DNA of 64,000 bases, taken from the IMG/VR virus record IMGVR_UViG_3300042349_000876, positions 6,588 to 70,587 of that record; one strand, written 5' to 3'. The translations under genes and the position numbers were made by a program. Origin of the DNA: a virus. Below the pieces are notes generated by a model, which was not told where the DNA came from, searched no databases, and was given only the letters and a program-made list of their open reading frames with translations. Shown here piece after piece: positions 30,404 through 39,615 of this stretch; positions within the stretch are counted from its first letter, which is position 1, and every line of letters starts with the position of its first letter.

Positions 30404-31147
30404 TTGAAGAATTGCAAAAAAGGAAAAAGTTGCTCAGCAACCTGTATCGCACAGATGAAAGATTGCCGAGTTGAGTTGTCAGGTCAACTTAGTGAGAATT
30501 TATCTAAAGTTGCCAAAACGATTCAACAGGCAAACCCTTATTCAGACTGGAAACCCATAGCTGAGGGTAACTATGGCAAAGTCTCTATGAGCCCTGACGG
30601 CAAGAAAGCAGTAAAAGAATTGCTCGAGCACAATGGCGTCAAGGGTGAGTTCGGGCCACATGAAGTTGACCTTGCCACAAAAATGGGTGAACTCGGTCAC
30701 TCTCCTAAAGTTTTCTCTCACAGCGAAAATCATATTGAAATGGAAAGAGCTTTAGGACGCCCTTTGTGGAAAGGGTATTCAAGAGCTGAAGACGAACCCT
30801 CAATGAATGCTGAGCAAGCTACAAAGGCAGCAGCAGCGATTCGAGACTTGCACAAAATGGGTTTCAGTCACCACGATATGCACAGTCAGCAGTTTCTCGT
30901 GGATGGCAACAACGTCAAACTGGTGGATTTTGGATTAAGCAAGCCAGCCAAAGACGAACCCCGTGCGGTGGTTCAAGACTTAAACAAAATCTCGAAACTT
31001 GTTGATTGGGATAATCCGAAACTTGATAACGACCCTTACGTGGAGTTGGTTCGACGCACTCGGAAAAAGTACGCGGAGGCCAATAAAAAGAAACAAGAAG
31101 AAGAAAAAGTAGCTATTCAATACTTAAGGGAGCTTGAAGAGTATTGA
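30404..31147 (+). CDS. Protein kinase-like protein with Cys-rich N-terminus
   Basis: IAEGNYGKV, AVK, HHDMH, LVDFG; leader KNCKKGKSCSATCI. Confidence 0.75.
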   Translation: MKNCKKGKSCSATCIAQMKDCRVELSGQLSENLSKVAKTIQQANPYSDWKPIAEGNYGKVSMSPDGKKAVKELLEHNGVKGEFGPHEVDLATKMGELGHSPKVFSHSENHIEMERALGRPLWKGYSRAEDEPSMNAEQATKAAAAIRDLHKMGFSHHDMHSQQFLVDGNNVKLVDFGLSKPAKDEPRAVVQDLNKISKLVDWDNPKLDNDPYVELVRRTRKKYAEANKKKQEEEKVAIQYLRELEEY

Positions 31148-31150
31148 CCT

Positions 31151-31345
31151 ATGCCAAGAGAGTGGGATACGCCGTTACGTGAACCTTGGAACCCTGTTAT
31201 AAAATCTTGTTTAAAAGCTGTTGATCAACATACTCAACTTTACATTGAAACGGGAGAAAACTGGCATTCGGAACAAGCACAACACTTGAGAGACTATGTT
31301 CACGGTTTGAAACAGTGGATACACAAACAAGAGGGTAAAATATAA
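31151..31345 (+). CDS. Small cyanophage-type hypothetical protein
   Basis: MPREW.TP.REPWN..I...LKAVD.H. Confidence 0.6.
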   Translation: MPREWDTPLREPWNPVIKSCLKAVDQHTQLYIETGENWHSEQAQHLRDYVHGLKQWIHKQEGKI

Positions 31346-31369
31346 GTCAGAACGGAATCTGATGCTCCA

Positions 31370-32155
31370 ATGAAAGGCTATTTCTCCGAAGAAGCTCTCG
31401 AACTTTATGCTAACCTAGCTGCCGAAAAAGCCGGCATAGACTTCGCGGAAGGCGAAGTGTACGACTTCACACGTTGTATGCGCTCTGACGGAACTTTCTA
31501 CGGCACTGCTGGGAAATGCCGCCAAGGGAGTGAAACCGGAGCCAAAGAGAAAGAAGCACCTAAGAGAACGGGTAGGTTAAATAAAGAGAAGCAGTGGAGT
31601 CCCCCAGTAGGAGGCAAGCGGCCCCCGGAGAACCCCACGGCTGAGCAAATCACGAAGATGAGCAAGGACGAACTGTGGAACGGAAAGGCAGCCTACAAAC
31701 CTGGCACCGCTGGGCACCAGGCGTACAAGAACGAAATCGAACGCCGACGGGACCTGGAAGAAAAGCTGAAGGCCAGGGGGGTAGAGCCGCAGTCGGCGCC
31801 TAAAGCTACCTCACAAAAAGCAAGCAAAGAAGCGAAGGAAGAGTATAAAGCGGCGTGGGATGAAGCGAAAGCTGCACGCAAGGCGGCAAACGAGGCTGTG
31901 AAAAATTACAAACAACACACGGAAATGCTGAAAGAGGCGACTGGAATGTCACCGGCGCAGAAAAGGAAGGTGTTGCAAAAATTAATCACTGAGGCCAACA
32001 AGGCGGATCGTGCGGCGGCGAAAGCGGAGCGCAAGCGTGATGCTGCAGCAAAGCGGTGGGCGACCGCGGATAAGCGTGAACAGCGGGCGAAAATGAGTCC
32101 TGACCAGTTGAAGGAAGCTCGGAGAATTGACAAAATTATTAAAGAACAAGGATGA
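31370..32155 (+). CDS. Shared-leader protein with K/A/E-rich helical C-terminus
   Basis: Leader DFTRCMRSDGTFYGTAGKCRQG. Confidence 0.6.
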   Translation: MKGYFSEEALELYANLAAEKAGIDFAEGEVYDFTRCMRSDGTFYGTAGKCRQGSETGAKEKEAPKRTGRLNKEKQWSPPVGGKRPPENPTAEQITKMSKDELWNGKAAYKPGTAGHQAYKNEIERRRDLEEKLKARGVEPQSAPKATSQKASKEAKEEYKAAWDEAKAARKAANEAVKNYKQHTEMLKEATGMSPAQKRKVLQKLITEANKADRAAAKAERKRDAAAKRWATADKREQRAKMSPDQLKEARRIDKIIKEQG

Positions 32156-33153
32156 TAGGAAACTTCTCTCCCGACGCACTTTCTGCGTTTCAAAATTTGG
32201 TTGCCGAGGGTCTCTCTGAAGAGCAAATCTTCGATTTCACTCGCTGTGTTCGCCCTGACGGGACTGCCTACGGAACCAGCGGTAAATGCCGCAAAGGTAC
32301 AGAAGAAGCTAAAACCGTAGAAGCAGCTAAACCAAAAATCGCTGCTGCACCAAAAGCTTCAAAGCCTGCCAAACCTTCTAAACCCGCTAAACCTGTTAAA
32401 GGCGACGCCAAAGAGATATACGCCGCTTTAATGAGAAAGCAGCAGGAGCTTGTGAAAAAGGGTGACATTAACGGTGCCATGAGCTTAAACGAAAAGCTCA
32501 AAGCCGTTGCGGAAAAAATTAAAAATTCTCCAGAAACAAAAGCTGCGGAGGAGAAAATGAAGAAAGAGGCAGCGGCAAGGACGAAAGAAGAAAAAGATTT
32601 CAGTAAGGCACAAGCTAAACGGGAGGCAGGGCAAATGGCCGCTAACCTAACCGCAAAAGACAAAAAAGTAATAGCAGACTATACCAAAGAAACCGGGGGT
32701 CAAAGTGCTAGGTCTTACGACAACATGAACGGTTGCCTTAGAAACCCACCAACCTGCCGTGACCCTAAAGTCTCAAAAACTTTCGTAAAAGAGTTTGATG
32801 CGGCATTAAACAAGCTTCCAAAAAATGAGACCGGAGAACGGTTTTACAGAGGCATACAAGTTTATCCCGGGCAGACCGAACAACTTTATAAAGCCCTGGA
32901 AAACGCAAAACCTGGTGCTAGGATGAAAGACCCGGGCTATGGCTCGTACTCAGCGGAAAGGAAGCAAGCGGAGCACTTTACTAACAGACTTGGCAGGAAT
33001 ATAATATTTGTGACCCGAAGTAAGAGTATTACACCCATTAACATGTTCTCAGAAGTTAAAAGCGAGAACGAGGCTATCCTCCCCAGAGGAACCGAACAAA
33101 CCATTCGCAAAGTGACCAAAGAAGGCAAAAATTTAATCGTGGAGCTAGATTGA
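32152..33153 (+). CDS. Shared-leader protein with C-terminal VIP2/Alt-like ADP-ribosyltransferase
   Basis: MNGCLR, FYRG, YGSYS, ENEAILPRG form the R-S-E catalytic signature. Confidence 0.8.
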   Translation: MIGNFSPDALSAFQNLVAEGLSEEQIFDFTRCVRPDGTAYGTSGKCRKGTEEAKTVEAAKPKIAAAPKASKPAKPSKPAKPVKGDAKEIYAALMRKQQELVKKGDINGAMSLNEKLKAVAEKIKNSPETKAAEEKMKKEAAARTKEEKDFSKAQAKREAGQMAANLTAKDKKVIADYTKETGGQSARSYDNMNGCLRNPPTCRDPKVSKTFVKEFDAALNKLPKNETGERFYRGIQVYPGQTEQLYKALENAKPGARMKDPGYGSYSAERKQAEHFTNRLGRNIIFVTRSKSITPINMFSEVKSENEAILPRGTEQTIRKVTKEGKNLIVELD

Positions 33154-33154
33154 G

Positions 33155-33292
33155 ATGAAAAAACCTGAGCCTGAACAGCAAAAAAGCAGCGGTATTACTA
33201 ACCGCATGAACGATTTTTATTTCGAGTTGAAGCACCCGGACGGTAAGACGGAGGTTTTTGGAGGAGAAGAAGAAACCCAAGAAGAGGACTAA
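33155..33292 (+). CDS. Small acidic protein downstream of ART
   Basis: 45 aa read manually, ends GGEEETQEED. Confidence 0.4.
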   Translation: MKKPEPEQQKSSGITNRMNDFYFELKHPDGKTEVFGGEEETQEED

Positions 33293-33294
33293 AG

Positions 33295-33322
33295 TTTACA
33301 TTTCGAAACGTAAGGGTATAAT
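33295..33322 (+). promoter_or_regulatory. Sigma70-type promoter of psbA
   Basis: TTTACA, 16 nt spacer, TATAAT. Confidence 0.65.
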
Positions 33323-33388
33323 TGAGATGTAGGCGGTCAGTTCGTGACTCCGCTGAGTATTCTCTGCAAATATGTACTCTTATGATCA

Positions 33389-34471
33389 ATGACTGTTTCT
33401 ACTCTTTCTCGCCGCTCAACTAATTCCGGCTGGGAATCTTTCTGTGAATGGGTGACCTCCACCAACAATCGTCTTTATGTTGGCTGGTTTGGCGTCCTGA
33501 TGATTCCAACGTTGCTTGCCGCAACTACTTGCTTCATTGTTGCTTTCATCGCCGCTCCTCCCGTCGACATCGACGGCATTCGTGAACCTGTTGCTGGTTC
33601 TCTTATGTATGGAAACAATATCATCTCCGGTGCTGTTGTTCCCTCTAGCAACGCTATCGGTCTTCACTTCTACCCGATCTGGGAAGCCGCCAGCCTCGAC
33701 GAGTGGCTGTACAACGGCGGTCCTTTCCAGTTGGTGATTTTCCACTTCCTCATCGGCATCTACGCCTACATGGGACGTGAGTGGGAACTCTCCTACCGCC
33801 TGGGCATGCGCCCCTGGATCTGTGTCGCTTACTCTGCCCCGGTTGCCGCAGCCTCAGCTGTATTCCTTGTCTATCCGTTTGGCCAAGGGTCTTTCAGTGA
33901 CGCAATGCCTCTGGGTATCAGCGGAACCTTCAACTACATGTTGGTTTTCCAAGCCGAACATAATATCCTCATGCACCCGTTCCACATGCTCGGGGTTGCT
34001 GGGGTCTTCGGTGGTTCGCTGTTTAGCGCCATGCATGGCTCTCTGGTTACGTCTTCTCTTGTTCGCGAGACCACTGAGAACGAGTCTCAGAACTACGGTT
34101 ACAAGTTTGGTCAAGAAGAAGAGACCTACAACATCGTGGCTGCCCACGGTTACTTTGGACGACTGATTTTCCAATACGCCTCGTTCAACAACAGCCGCAG
34201 CCTGCACTTCTTCCTGGCTGCCTGGCCTGTCGTCGGCATCTGGTTCACCGCCCTGGGCGTGAGCACGATGGCCTTCAACCTGAACGGTTTTAACTTTAAT
34301 CAATCCGTTATGGATAGTCAGGGCCATGTCCTGAATACTTGGGCCGACGTGCTGAACCGCGCTGGTCTCGGCATGGAAGTGATGCACGAGAGAAACGCAC
34401 ACAATTTCCCCCTTGACCTGGCTGCTGCTGGTGTCAGTGAGGTCGCTCTGACTGCCCCAGCCATCGGCTGA
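33389..34471 (+). CDS. psbA: Photosystem II D1 protein
   Basis: Full-length D1 (RLYVGWFG...HNFPLDLA), no intron. Confidence 0.99.
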   Translation: MTVSTLSRRSTNSGWESFCEWVTSTNNRLYVGWFGVLMIPTLLAATTCFIVAFIAAPPVDIDGIREPVAGSLMYGNNIISGAVVPSSNAIGLHFYPIWEAASLDEWLYNGGPFQLVIFHFLIGIYAYMGREWELSYRLGMRPWICVAYSAPVAAASAVFLVYPFGQGSFSDAMPLGISGTFNYMLVFQAEHNILMHPFHMLGVAGVFGGSLFSAMHGSLVTSSLVRETTENESQNYGYKFGQEEETYNIVAAHGYFGRLIFQYASFNNSRSLHFFLAAWPVVGIWFTALGVSTMAFNLNGFNFNQSVMDSQGHVLNTWADVLNRAGLGMEVMHERNAHNFPLDLAAAGVSEVALTAPAIG

Positions 34472-34493
34472 CCCTAGGTAGTTAAAGTTCCTT

Positions 34494-34523
34494 GCCCCTG
34501 GCTTAAACGGTCGGGGGCTTTTT
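34494..34523 (+). terminator. Rho-independent terminator after psbA
   Basis: GCCCCTGGC...GTCGGGGGC then T run. Confidence 0.65.
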
Positions 34524-34553
34524 ATTCGGTGTGTATCTGATCGTAACCTTACT

Positions 34554-35609
34554 ATGACTGCTTCAACCCTTTCTCTTCCTCAACGGGGATGGTTCGATGT
34601 CCTGGATGACTGGCTTAAACGCGATCGCTTTGTCTTTGTGGGCTGGTCTGGACTACTTCTTTTTCCCACTGCTTATTTGGCCCTTGGTGGCTGGCTTACT
34701 GGCACAACGTTTGCTACTAGCTGGTACACCCACGGGCTGGCGTCTAGTTACCTTGAGGGTGCTAATTTCCTCACGGCAGCTGTGTCAACGCCTGCTGACG
34801 CTATGGGTCATTCTCTTCTTCTACTTTGGGGTCCTGAGTCTCAGGGGGATTTCGTCCGCTGGGTCCAACTTGGGGGACTCTGGCCTTTCGTGGCCCTCCA
34901 CGGGGCTTTCGCTCTAATCGGTTTCATGCTCCGTCAGTTTGAGATTGCGCGTTTGGTCGGTATCAGACCTTATAACGCAATCGCGTTCTCTGGCCCTATC
35001 GCAGTATTCGTCTCCGTATTCTTAATGTATCCACTGGGTCAATCCAGTTGGTTCTTCGCCCCTTCTTTCGGTGTCGCGGCAATCTTCCGCTTCCTGCTGT
35101 TCCTGCAGGGCTTCCACAACTGGACCCTGAACCCGTTCCACATGATGGGGGTTGCGGGTATTCTCGGTGGCGCCCTCCTTTGTGCTATTCACGGAGCAAC
35201 CGTAGAAAACACTCTCTACGAGGATGGTGAAAAAGCAAATACCTTCAAGGCATTTGAGCCGACTCAAGAGGAAGAAACCTATTCGATGGTTACCGCCAAC
35301 CGCTTCTGGAGTCAAATTTTCGGTATTGCTTTTAGTAACAAAAGGTGGCTACACTTTTTTATGTTGTTCGTTCCGGTGATGGGTCTGTGGGTGTCATCGA
35401 TTGGAATTATTGGTCTTGCCCTTAATCTTCGTGCCTATGACTTTGTAAGTCAGGAGATTCGTGCAGCGGAAGACCCAGAATTCGAGACTTTTTATACTAA
35501 AAACATTCTTCTAAACGAAGGTCTTCGCGCTTGGATGGCTCCTGTAGACCAACCGCACGAAAACTTCATCTTCCCGGAAGAAGCACTTCCACGAGGCAAC
35601 GCGCTGTGA
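34554..35609 (+). CDS. psbD: Photosystem II D2 protein
   Basis: Full-length D2 ([14 protein letters not shown]...LPRGNAL). Confidence 0.99.
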   Translation: MTASTLSLPQRGWFDVLDDWLKRDRFVFVGWSGLLLFPTAYLALGGWLTGTTFATSWYTHGLASSYLEGANFLTAAVSTPADAMGHSLLLLWGPESQGDFVRWVQLGGLWPFVALHGAFALIGFMLRQFEIARLVGIRPYNAIAFSGPIAVFVSVFLMYPLGQSSWFFAPSFGVAAIFRFLLFLQGFHNWTLNPFHMMGVAGILGGALLCAIHGATVENTLYEDGEKANTFKAFEPTQEEETYSMVTANRFWSQIFGIAFSNKRWLHFFMLFVPVMGLWVSSIGIIGLALNLRAYDFVSQEIRAAEDPEFETFYTKNILLNEGLRAWMAPVDQPHENFIFPEEALPRGNAL

Positions 35610-35740
35610 ACCCGTTTTATGCAGCAGCTTTTATTATCTCTGTTCTACTTGTGATCGCCTTGTTGCAAGATAGCATAGATGACGATAACGATGGGCCTGG
35701 CGGCGGTACCTTACAGCCTGCCTACTCTACCAGAGGGTAA
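35606..35740 (+). CDS. Small membrane protein
   Basis: GTGA coupling; TM helix then [14 protein letters not shown]. Confidence 0.55.
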   Translation: MNPFYAAAFIISVLLVIALLQDSIDDDNDGPGGGTLQPAYSTRG

Positions 35741-35747
35741 GATCAAA

Positions 35748-35806
35748 TACGTTCATTTGCTATTTGCAAATAGCAAACGGAAGTAGGCACATGCTGAAGG
35801 AACGCG
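35748..35806 (+). promoter_or_regulatory. Glutamine riboswitch (glnA RNA motif)
   Basis: CGTTCA-hairpin-ACGGAAGTAGGC-loop-GCTGAAGGAACGC matches glnA motif architecture. Confidence 0.85.
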
Positions 35807-35833
35807 AAATGTTCATACATTTCGGAGAATCCA

Positions 35834-35965
35834 ATGTCAATCGCTACGTATCGTGGTGTCCCTTATGACACCGACGCTCGCAAAAACCTTCCCCCTGAGA
35901 AACATATTGTCACGGAAACCTATCGTGGTACCAAGCACAATGAAGTCGTGGAGGTGCGGAAATGA
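35834..35965 (+). CDS. DUF4278-like protein
   Basis: MSIATYRGVPYDT...TYRGTKH, two YRG motifs, downstream of riboswitch. Confidence 0.8.
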   Translation: MSIATYRGVPYDTDARKNLPPEKHIVTETYRGTKHNEVVEVRK

Positions 35966-36067
35966 AACCTGCATTCCTCACCTGGCTATTTGCTAAGATC
36001 AAGGCAACTGCCCGCATCGAGAAGCAATACACCTCAAACAAACCGTCTGGAATAATTTAAAATAACG

Positions 36068-36090
36068 GAGAGGGCAACCTCTCCTTTATT
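36068..36090 (+). terminator. Rho-independent terminator
   Basis: GGAGAGG-GCAA-CCTCTCC-TTTAT. Confidence 0.7.
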
Positions 36091-36135
36091 GTAAGTAGTT
36101 TACCTACCCAAATTAAGGGTATATTAACTGTAGCA

Positions 36136-36759
36136 GTGTATAGATTCATGACGTACGATCGTAATCCGAAATTCGGAGCGGACGCTGGTTTTCAGGCGAC
36201 TGCTAGAAAAGTAGGGGATATGCTTTGGGAGGCAACTCGCGGAGATGTAAGTGCCATTCCCCCTAGCTATCTGGAGAATCTTCGTCATGAGTACGCCGAA
36301 GGCAAGGTATCCATGCTTGAGCTTATGGACCGTGTCGATCTAGGTAGCAATGCTACTTACGAAGACTACTGCGAAGTTTTTGACGAATTGCTTCAAGTAG
36401 ACGGAAGTCAATGGCCGGACCCGAAGTCAGTACTTTACGTAGATCCCGCCCGAATTGCCACCAACAGAAACGTTGACTTCTCGGAATTTGGCGACTTCGA
36501 GTTTGCAGAAACTGGAGATTTGAGCGACAAGATTGAAAAATTCCTTCAAAAGGTTATTGCCTCTGTGTACCTTGACGGCGTAAGCTCTGTTACAGACGCA
36601 GAAGGTAATCCTCCCAACGAAAATAACAACTATTTGCTATCCGAAGACGGTTCTGAATTCAGTGGAGTTTTTTACGACAATTCGGACCCTTCTAACCCGA
36701 AACAATTTCCGTTTCAAATTCAAGAAACCGCTCCCAATAAATGGTCCATTAAATACTAA
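36136..36759 (+). CDS. Acidic hypothetical protein, paralog of 8472-9137
   Basis: Shared N- and C-terminal blocks; start may be ATG 36148. Confidence 0.55.
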   Translation: MYRFMTYDRNPKFGADAGFQATARKVGDMLWEATRGDVSAIPPSYLENLRHEYAEGKVSMLELMDRVDLGSNATYEDYCEVFDELLQVDGSQWPDPKSVLYVDPARIATNRNVDFSEFGDFEFAETGDLSDKIEKFLQKVIASVYLDGVSSVTDAEGNPPNENNNYLLSEDGSEFSGVFYDNSDPSNPKQFPFQIQETAPNKWSIKY

Positions 36760-36928
36760 CCGTGAGCACTCAAAAAGGACAAAACGACAAAGACACTGCA
36801 AAGGCATGTGAAGGAAGCGAGCTGAACGGGAAAAACGCATCTTTTCGGCATTCCCCGATGATTAGCGAGCCTGCTCTTGTCATTAAACAAAAGCTTCCAG
36901 GTGCTCTTGTACCCCGAGGTAATTCCGT

Positions 36929-37210
36929 ATGAAGCACCTTGTAAAGTCTTTCCAGGAACACTTAGGACAGAGAGGAGTTCATTTTTACGACGAGACAGGT
37001 TGTAACTTTTTGAACTGGACTCAAGTTTTCGAGTTTATGAAAACTTTTCCAAATGGGGGAGAAGCAGACGCTTTTTCAGAAAAATTGACCGATGCCATGG
37101 CAAATTATGACCCACAAACAGAGTACTTAGCGGTTCAACAGCGCGGTAAGTCAATTTCTGTGGAAATTTATACGGACTCTCGAACCCAACAAATTAAGGG
37201 TAAAATGTAA
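36929..37210 (+). CDS. Hypothetical protein
   Basis: 93 aa ORF. Confidence 0.5.
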   Translation: MKHLVKSFQEHLGQRGVHFYDETGCNFLNWTQVFEFMKTFPNGGEADAFSEKLTDAMANYDPQTEYLAVQQRGKSISVEIYTDSRTQQIKGKM

Positions 37211-37227
37211 TGTCAATCTAAAAGGCT

Positions 37228-37560
37228 ATGGCAAATAGTGGATTCTCACAAGATGCTGTTCTGTCTGCCTATTCTATGGCAGCAGAAGCTGCTAACTCGA
37301 ATATAAACGAGTTTGCTAAAGAAAGTAGCTTTTTAGACTTTGCAGTTTCATCTTTAGGTCCTGGTATGACCATGGATGTTCAGTGCGATACTGGTTTACC
37401 TGTTTCAACACCTGAAGAAAAAAGAGAACAACTGTTTAGGAAGAAAGTTTTGCAATCTCAACGCAAAGCTAACGCCATTGCCGAGAAAAATAGCCGTGCA
37501 CAACAAAAGGCTATGAAAAAATCCGAACTGCTTGCTCGTAGAGAAAGAAAAAGAAAATGA
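37228..37560 (+). CDS. Hypothetical protein with weak shared leader and basic tail
   Basis: SGFSQDAVLSAY...LDFA; GGGTAAAA upstream. Confidence 0.5.
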   Translation: MANSGFSQDAVLSAYSMAAEAANSNINEFAKESSFLDFAVSSLGPGMTMDVQCDTGLPVSTPEEKREQLFRKKVLQSQRKANAIAEKNSRAQQKAMKKSELLARRERKRK

Positions 37561-37997
37561 ATAACACTAATTTCGAACTTTTAGCCAACAGAGCAATATT
37601 GTATTTAAATAATGCTATTATTGTTTCTAAACTAAGCCATTGGAATGTTCGTGGGCCGAATTTCTATGAGGCTCATCTTTTGTTTGATCGAGTTCATGGC
37701 GATATAGAAGGTTTGATGGACCCTCTAATCGAGCAACTGCGGGCATTCGGGTTTAATCCCGATTTCGAACTGTTTAAAGGTCCAGGCATTTCGATGACTA
37801 CCGGCAACGCTTCTGAATTAGTTGAGTTGAACCTTGACTATATTATGACTTTGTTGGGCATCATCAACGAATTTTTCAACTATTCTTCGGATCAAGAGAA
37901 CGACCCGAGGCATGTAGGTTTAGCAGATCACTTGGGTGGTATGGCGAGCACCGTCTTAGTAGACCAGTACTTGCTTCAAGCATGGCTGGGGCACTGA
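37557..37997 (+). CDS. dps: Dps/ferritin-like protein
   Basis: HWNVRGPNFYEAHLLFD...D.LIEQLR. Confidence 0.8.
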   Translation: MNNTNFELLANRAILYLNNAIIVSKLSHWNVRGPNFYEAHLLFDRVHGDIEGLMDPLIEQLRAFGFNPDFELFKGPGISMTTGNASELVELNLDYIMTLLGIINEFFNYSSDQENDPRHVGLADHLGGMASTVLVDQYLLQAWLGH

Positions 37998-38048
37998 GTT
38001 TACCGAGAGATTTAGAGGCTATATTGCTTTCGAACCGTTTTTAAGGGG

Positions 38049-38246
38049 ATGTACCTGGTAGTCAATGCAACCGGTAAACTTTGGACTGGAGATGGTTGGA
38101 GTGTCCAAGGTCGGGAATTTTTCACTTTGGGTTTAGCCAAACGCTCTTTGCACGAAGAGGGTGAAGATATTGACTCTGTTACTTTCATCCTCGCAGACCT
38201 GTACAAACACATTGCTTCAAGTGATACCTCCCAGGAAGTTCCCTGA
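38049..38246 (+). CDS. Small hypothetical protein
   Basis: Behind TTTACC/TATATT promoter. Confidence 0.45.
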   Translation: MYLVVNATGKLWTGDGWSVQGREFFTLGLAKRSLHEEGEDIDSVTFILADLYKHIASSDTSQEVP

Positions 38247-38415
38247 AGGAACTATAAAATTGCTGCAAATTAATCCGGACGGTACAAAAACCGTTTTAGA
38301 AGAGCGTACAGCTACTCAAAAAGCAAGGATAACACTTCAGCAAAAAATAAACGAGAGCCTCATGCTAAACCCTACACTCCAGTTTATTCTGGTGGAAAAC
38401 AATGCCATTGTCTGA
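38221..38415 (+). CDS. Small hypothetical protein
   Basis: ORF track, GTG start chosen. Confidence 0.4.
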   Translation: MIPPRKFPEGTIKLLQINPDGTKTVLEERTATQKARITLQQKINESLMLNPTLQFILVENNAIV

Positions 38416-38584
38416 AAACACTCACTATATTACTTCTTGTAGTACCGATGAGGAGGGGAACCTTATTCTAACTTTTCCTGATGATCTCCTTGACGCAATG
38501 GGTTGGGGAGAAGACACGGAGCTAGAGATTGAAGCCATGCCGGGAACTATTATCATGCGAGAATGCCTCAAGTCTGACCGATGA
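38402..38584 (+). CDS. AbrB/MazE-like DNA-binding protein
   Basis: LILTFPDDLL..MGW.E...LEI. Confidence 0.7.
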   Translation: MPLSENTHYITSCSTDEEGNLILTFPDDLLDAMGWGEDTELEIEAMPGTIIMRECLKSDR

Positions 38585-38850
38585 AGTTTAGTTTACTGTC
38601 TGGTTCAGGAAACAGTTACATGACCACCGTTCGCATTGACGAACGCAACTCTAGTGCTCAAGTTTGGTGGTGTGACTCGAAAAAAGAGTGGCACTGGATG
38701 CTGGTGTGGGAGGATGGTACGAGCTGGGGCACACACATGCATAACGGTATCGCCCCAAGCAAAATGAAAGCCAGGGCAGACATTGTTAAGACCATCCTTT
38801 GGGTGGAAGACAAATGGCCCTCTCTGGAATACTTTGAGAACAACTGGTGA
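38581..38850 (+). CDS. Trp-rich hypothetical protein
   Basis: ATGA coupling. Confidence 0.45.
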   Translation: MKFSLLSGSGNSYMTTVRIDERNSSAQVWWCDSKKEWHWMLVWEDGTSWGTHMHNGIAPSKMKARADIVKTILWVEDKWPSLEYFENNW

Positions 38851-38875
38851 GGGTAAAACCTAGAAAAAGGTAGTC

Positions 38876-39526
38876 ATGAACGGAACTTTTTCGGAAAATT
38901 CTCTTCAACAATACTCAAACTTAGTTAAAGAGAAAGTAGAATTAAACTACTCTGAGGAAGCAGGTTCGTACGACTTCACCCTCTGCGTCAGGCCTGATGG
39001 CTCTCTCTACGGGACCGGGGGACAATGTAGGAAAGGAACGGAGACTTCTTCGAGAGTTCCTATTCATCAACACAAAAGTCTGAAAGAGGGTGGTTCTTCT
39101 TTCACACCTCTAGAAAAAGCGTTGAGTAAACTTAAAAAACTTGAAAGGAGAATTAAAGACCCTGACTATTCTCCCTCTGATGAGGAACTTGCACGGTACG
39201 GCAGATTAAAAGGAGCGGTTGAGGAAGCACAAAGAAGCTCTGAAAAGAAAGACCGTGAAATAAATCTGCCCCGAAAAGCCCCTATGGACTTAAAAGCCAA
39301 AGTAGATGAAGTCGTTAATAAAAAATCCACACCAAAAAGGGATTTCAAGGACGCATTAGAAAATATGAAAGATGAAATAGATAAAAGGGAGAAAGAAGTT
39401 AATGGGAACTTTGGACTTAACAAGATGTTTCCGGGGCCCTGGCAGACCGCCCAATCCAAGGTTTTAGAAAGTCTAAAAGAAAATTATGACAAAGCAGTCA
39501 AAATCTATAACAATAGATACGTATAA
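38876..39526 (+). CDS. Shared-leader protein with charged helical C-terminus
   Basis: Leader YDFTLCVRPDGSLYGTGGQCRKG. Confidence 0.6.
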   Translation: MNGTFSENSLQQYSNLVKEKVELNYSEEAGSYDFTLCVRPDGSLYGTGGQCRKGTETSSRVPIHQHKSLKEGGSSFTPLEKALSKLKKLERRIKDPDYSPSDEELARYGRLKGAVEEAQRSSEKKDREINLPRKAPMDLKAKVDEVVNKKSTPKRDFKDALENMKDEIDKREKEVNGNFGLNKMFPGPWQTAQSKVLESLKENYDKAVKIYNNRYV

Positions 39527-39593
39527 AGAAGTAACTGAAGAACCGATTGAAATGCTATTCACAGCGCGGTGGAACGTGCCTCAAGTAGCATAA
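39522..39593 (+). pseudogene. Truncated copy of the 42331-42507 small protein family
   Basis: MLFTARWNVPQVA* versus MLFTAKWNIPQAS. Confidence 0.45.
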
Positions 39594-39615
39594 GTGGACG
39601 GTTTCCCGCCTGATT

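Noticed and set aside
33323-33388. PhotoRC RNA motif upstream of psbA
   Set aside because: Only a simple hairpin is visible; consensus could not be confirmed
36929-37210. Carboxysome chaperone CcmS-like assignment
   Set aside because: Resemblance limited to a YDP..E patch; insufficient
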